Assembly: GCA_965153285.1 (NCBI GenBank)
Contig: OZ229118.1
Length of the DNA: 64,000 nt
Source: Podarcis tiliguerta
Taxonomy: Eukaryota
Direction: 5' to 3' (one strand)
Part shown: piece after piece, positions 62,881-64,000 of the stretch
Layout: the number at the start of each line of letters is the position of its first letter
Position numbering within the stretch: the stretch's first letter is position 1
Program-made: the position numbers and the translations under genes
Notes under the pieces: model-generated
Databases searched by the model: none
Seen by the model: the letters and a program-made list of their open reading frames with translations, nothing else
What the model was told of the DNA's origin: nothing

Positions 62881-64000
62881 AATCCCATGCAGATCAGCTG
62901 TGAAAGTGGGTTATGACTATCCCTCTGTTCATCTAATGAGAAATCTGATGACTGAGGAGGGGCCAGTTTGCATCCCCAGCAGGAAGCTGGGTTTCAATAT
63001 CCCAGAGTGCTACCTACTTTAATTTAATTTATTCCCCCAAATCAGTGAGGCATTGAAAGGATCAGACAAATTGCCTGGGGATGGGAATATCAGACCTCTA
63101 AAATGGGGCTGGCCACCCCCATTTTAGAACAGGCTAGAGTTAACAATAGCACACTAAAGTCCCCCCCCCCCCCCCGTAAATGAATGACTATAGAAAAGAA
63201 CCAAGATACTGGCAATTTTGGATGATATCGTAACTTTGTCATCCTCAGAGTAAACCCACTAAACTCAAATTTACTTAAATGGGTCTGCTCTGAGTATGAA
63301 TAAAGTTGGATTTCATCCTTTATTTTCAACTGATTGATATCTAGCATGCACAGAATACTCTTCCTCCTAGGTTCCAGCTTCCAACCCTGAAGTAAAATTG
63401 GAAACCTAATGACTTTTTTTTTTAAGTTGTTCAGTAGAAATTGACATGGTGCTTTAGTGACCAATAATAATAATAAAACCAAGCATAATAGATTAGTCTG
63501 TTGGATTGAATACTAGGGGCAGGTTGTGAAGCAGCCTCTATAACATATATTTTTTTAATGTTCTATATGAGAAAGCATAGTTGTGATACTACCAGGAATT
63601 AGTTATGAGCCATGAGTAAAACCTAGGCTTGCTGAGAAGTTAGAAATGAAATATGTGCCTGGAGTCACAGCTACTGCTATAGAATTCATCTGGTTACACA
63701 GCTATTATGTACAGGCTATTGCTGTGGTTCTTTTATTCATTTATCTGATGCTAAACTCCACTGAATCCAGTGGGAATTACTACTGAGTAAAAGAAATGTA
63801 CTGTGTGTTTTATAGCTTTGATTTACATTTCAGTGGGATTTGGACGATCGTTTTGACACTCAACAGCTTCAAGCTGGGTAATATATTGGATATCCCAGTT
63901 TGTTACTTAAAGTCCTTTAAAATTTAGACTGATGTTAAGTCACCCATGGCTGATTCACATCCCATTACAGTCAGTTTCAGAAGTCTTGTTTATTACATTG

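Noticed and set aside
27530-64000. A second protein-coding gene upstream of TRPC3
   Set aside because: No ORF or exon with recognisable non-transposon protein similarity on either strand; very small exons cannot be excluded.

Overview
Eukaryotic (vertebrate) genomic DNA, not prokaryotic. The repeat content (Sauria SINE of Podarcis type, Squam-like SINEs, BovB, CR1, L2, TA-flanked and 8-bp-TSD MITEs) points to a squamate, probably a lacertid lizard. The only host gene I can support is the 5' part of TRPC3 on the minus strand. Exon 1 coding is 26721-26471, inside a CpG island. Exon 2 is 10012-9241 (ankyrin repeats) and exon 3 is 825-640. All junctions are GT-AG and phase-compatible, and the gene continues beyond the left edge. 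The 37 kb to the right of the promoter holds no recognisable gene, only transposon remnants and repeat-poor AT-rich blocks that may be enhancers. Most interesting signals: (1) a candidate HDV-like self-cleaving ribozyme at the 5' end of a non-autonomous RTE-type element (42550-42677, minus); (2) decayed hammerhead ribozyme cores in Penelope-like inverted arms, one split exactly in its CUGAUGA core by a CR1 insertion; (3) a second GTAAGT donor in the TRPC3 5' leader that would fuse an upstream ORF in frame to exon 2, giving an alternative N-terminus; (4) polyQ tracts in exon 1. I cannot demonstrate a wholly new biological system. Repeat family names are from recognition, not from a database search.
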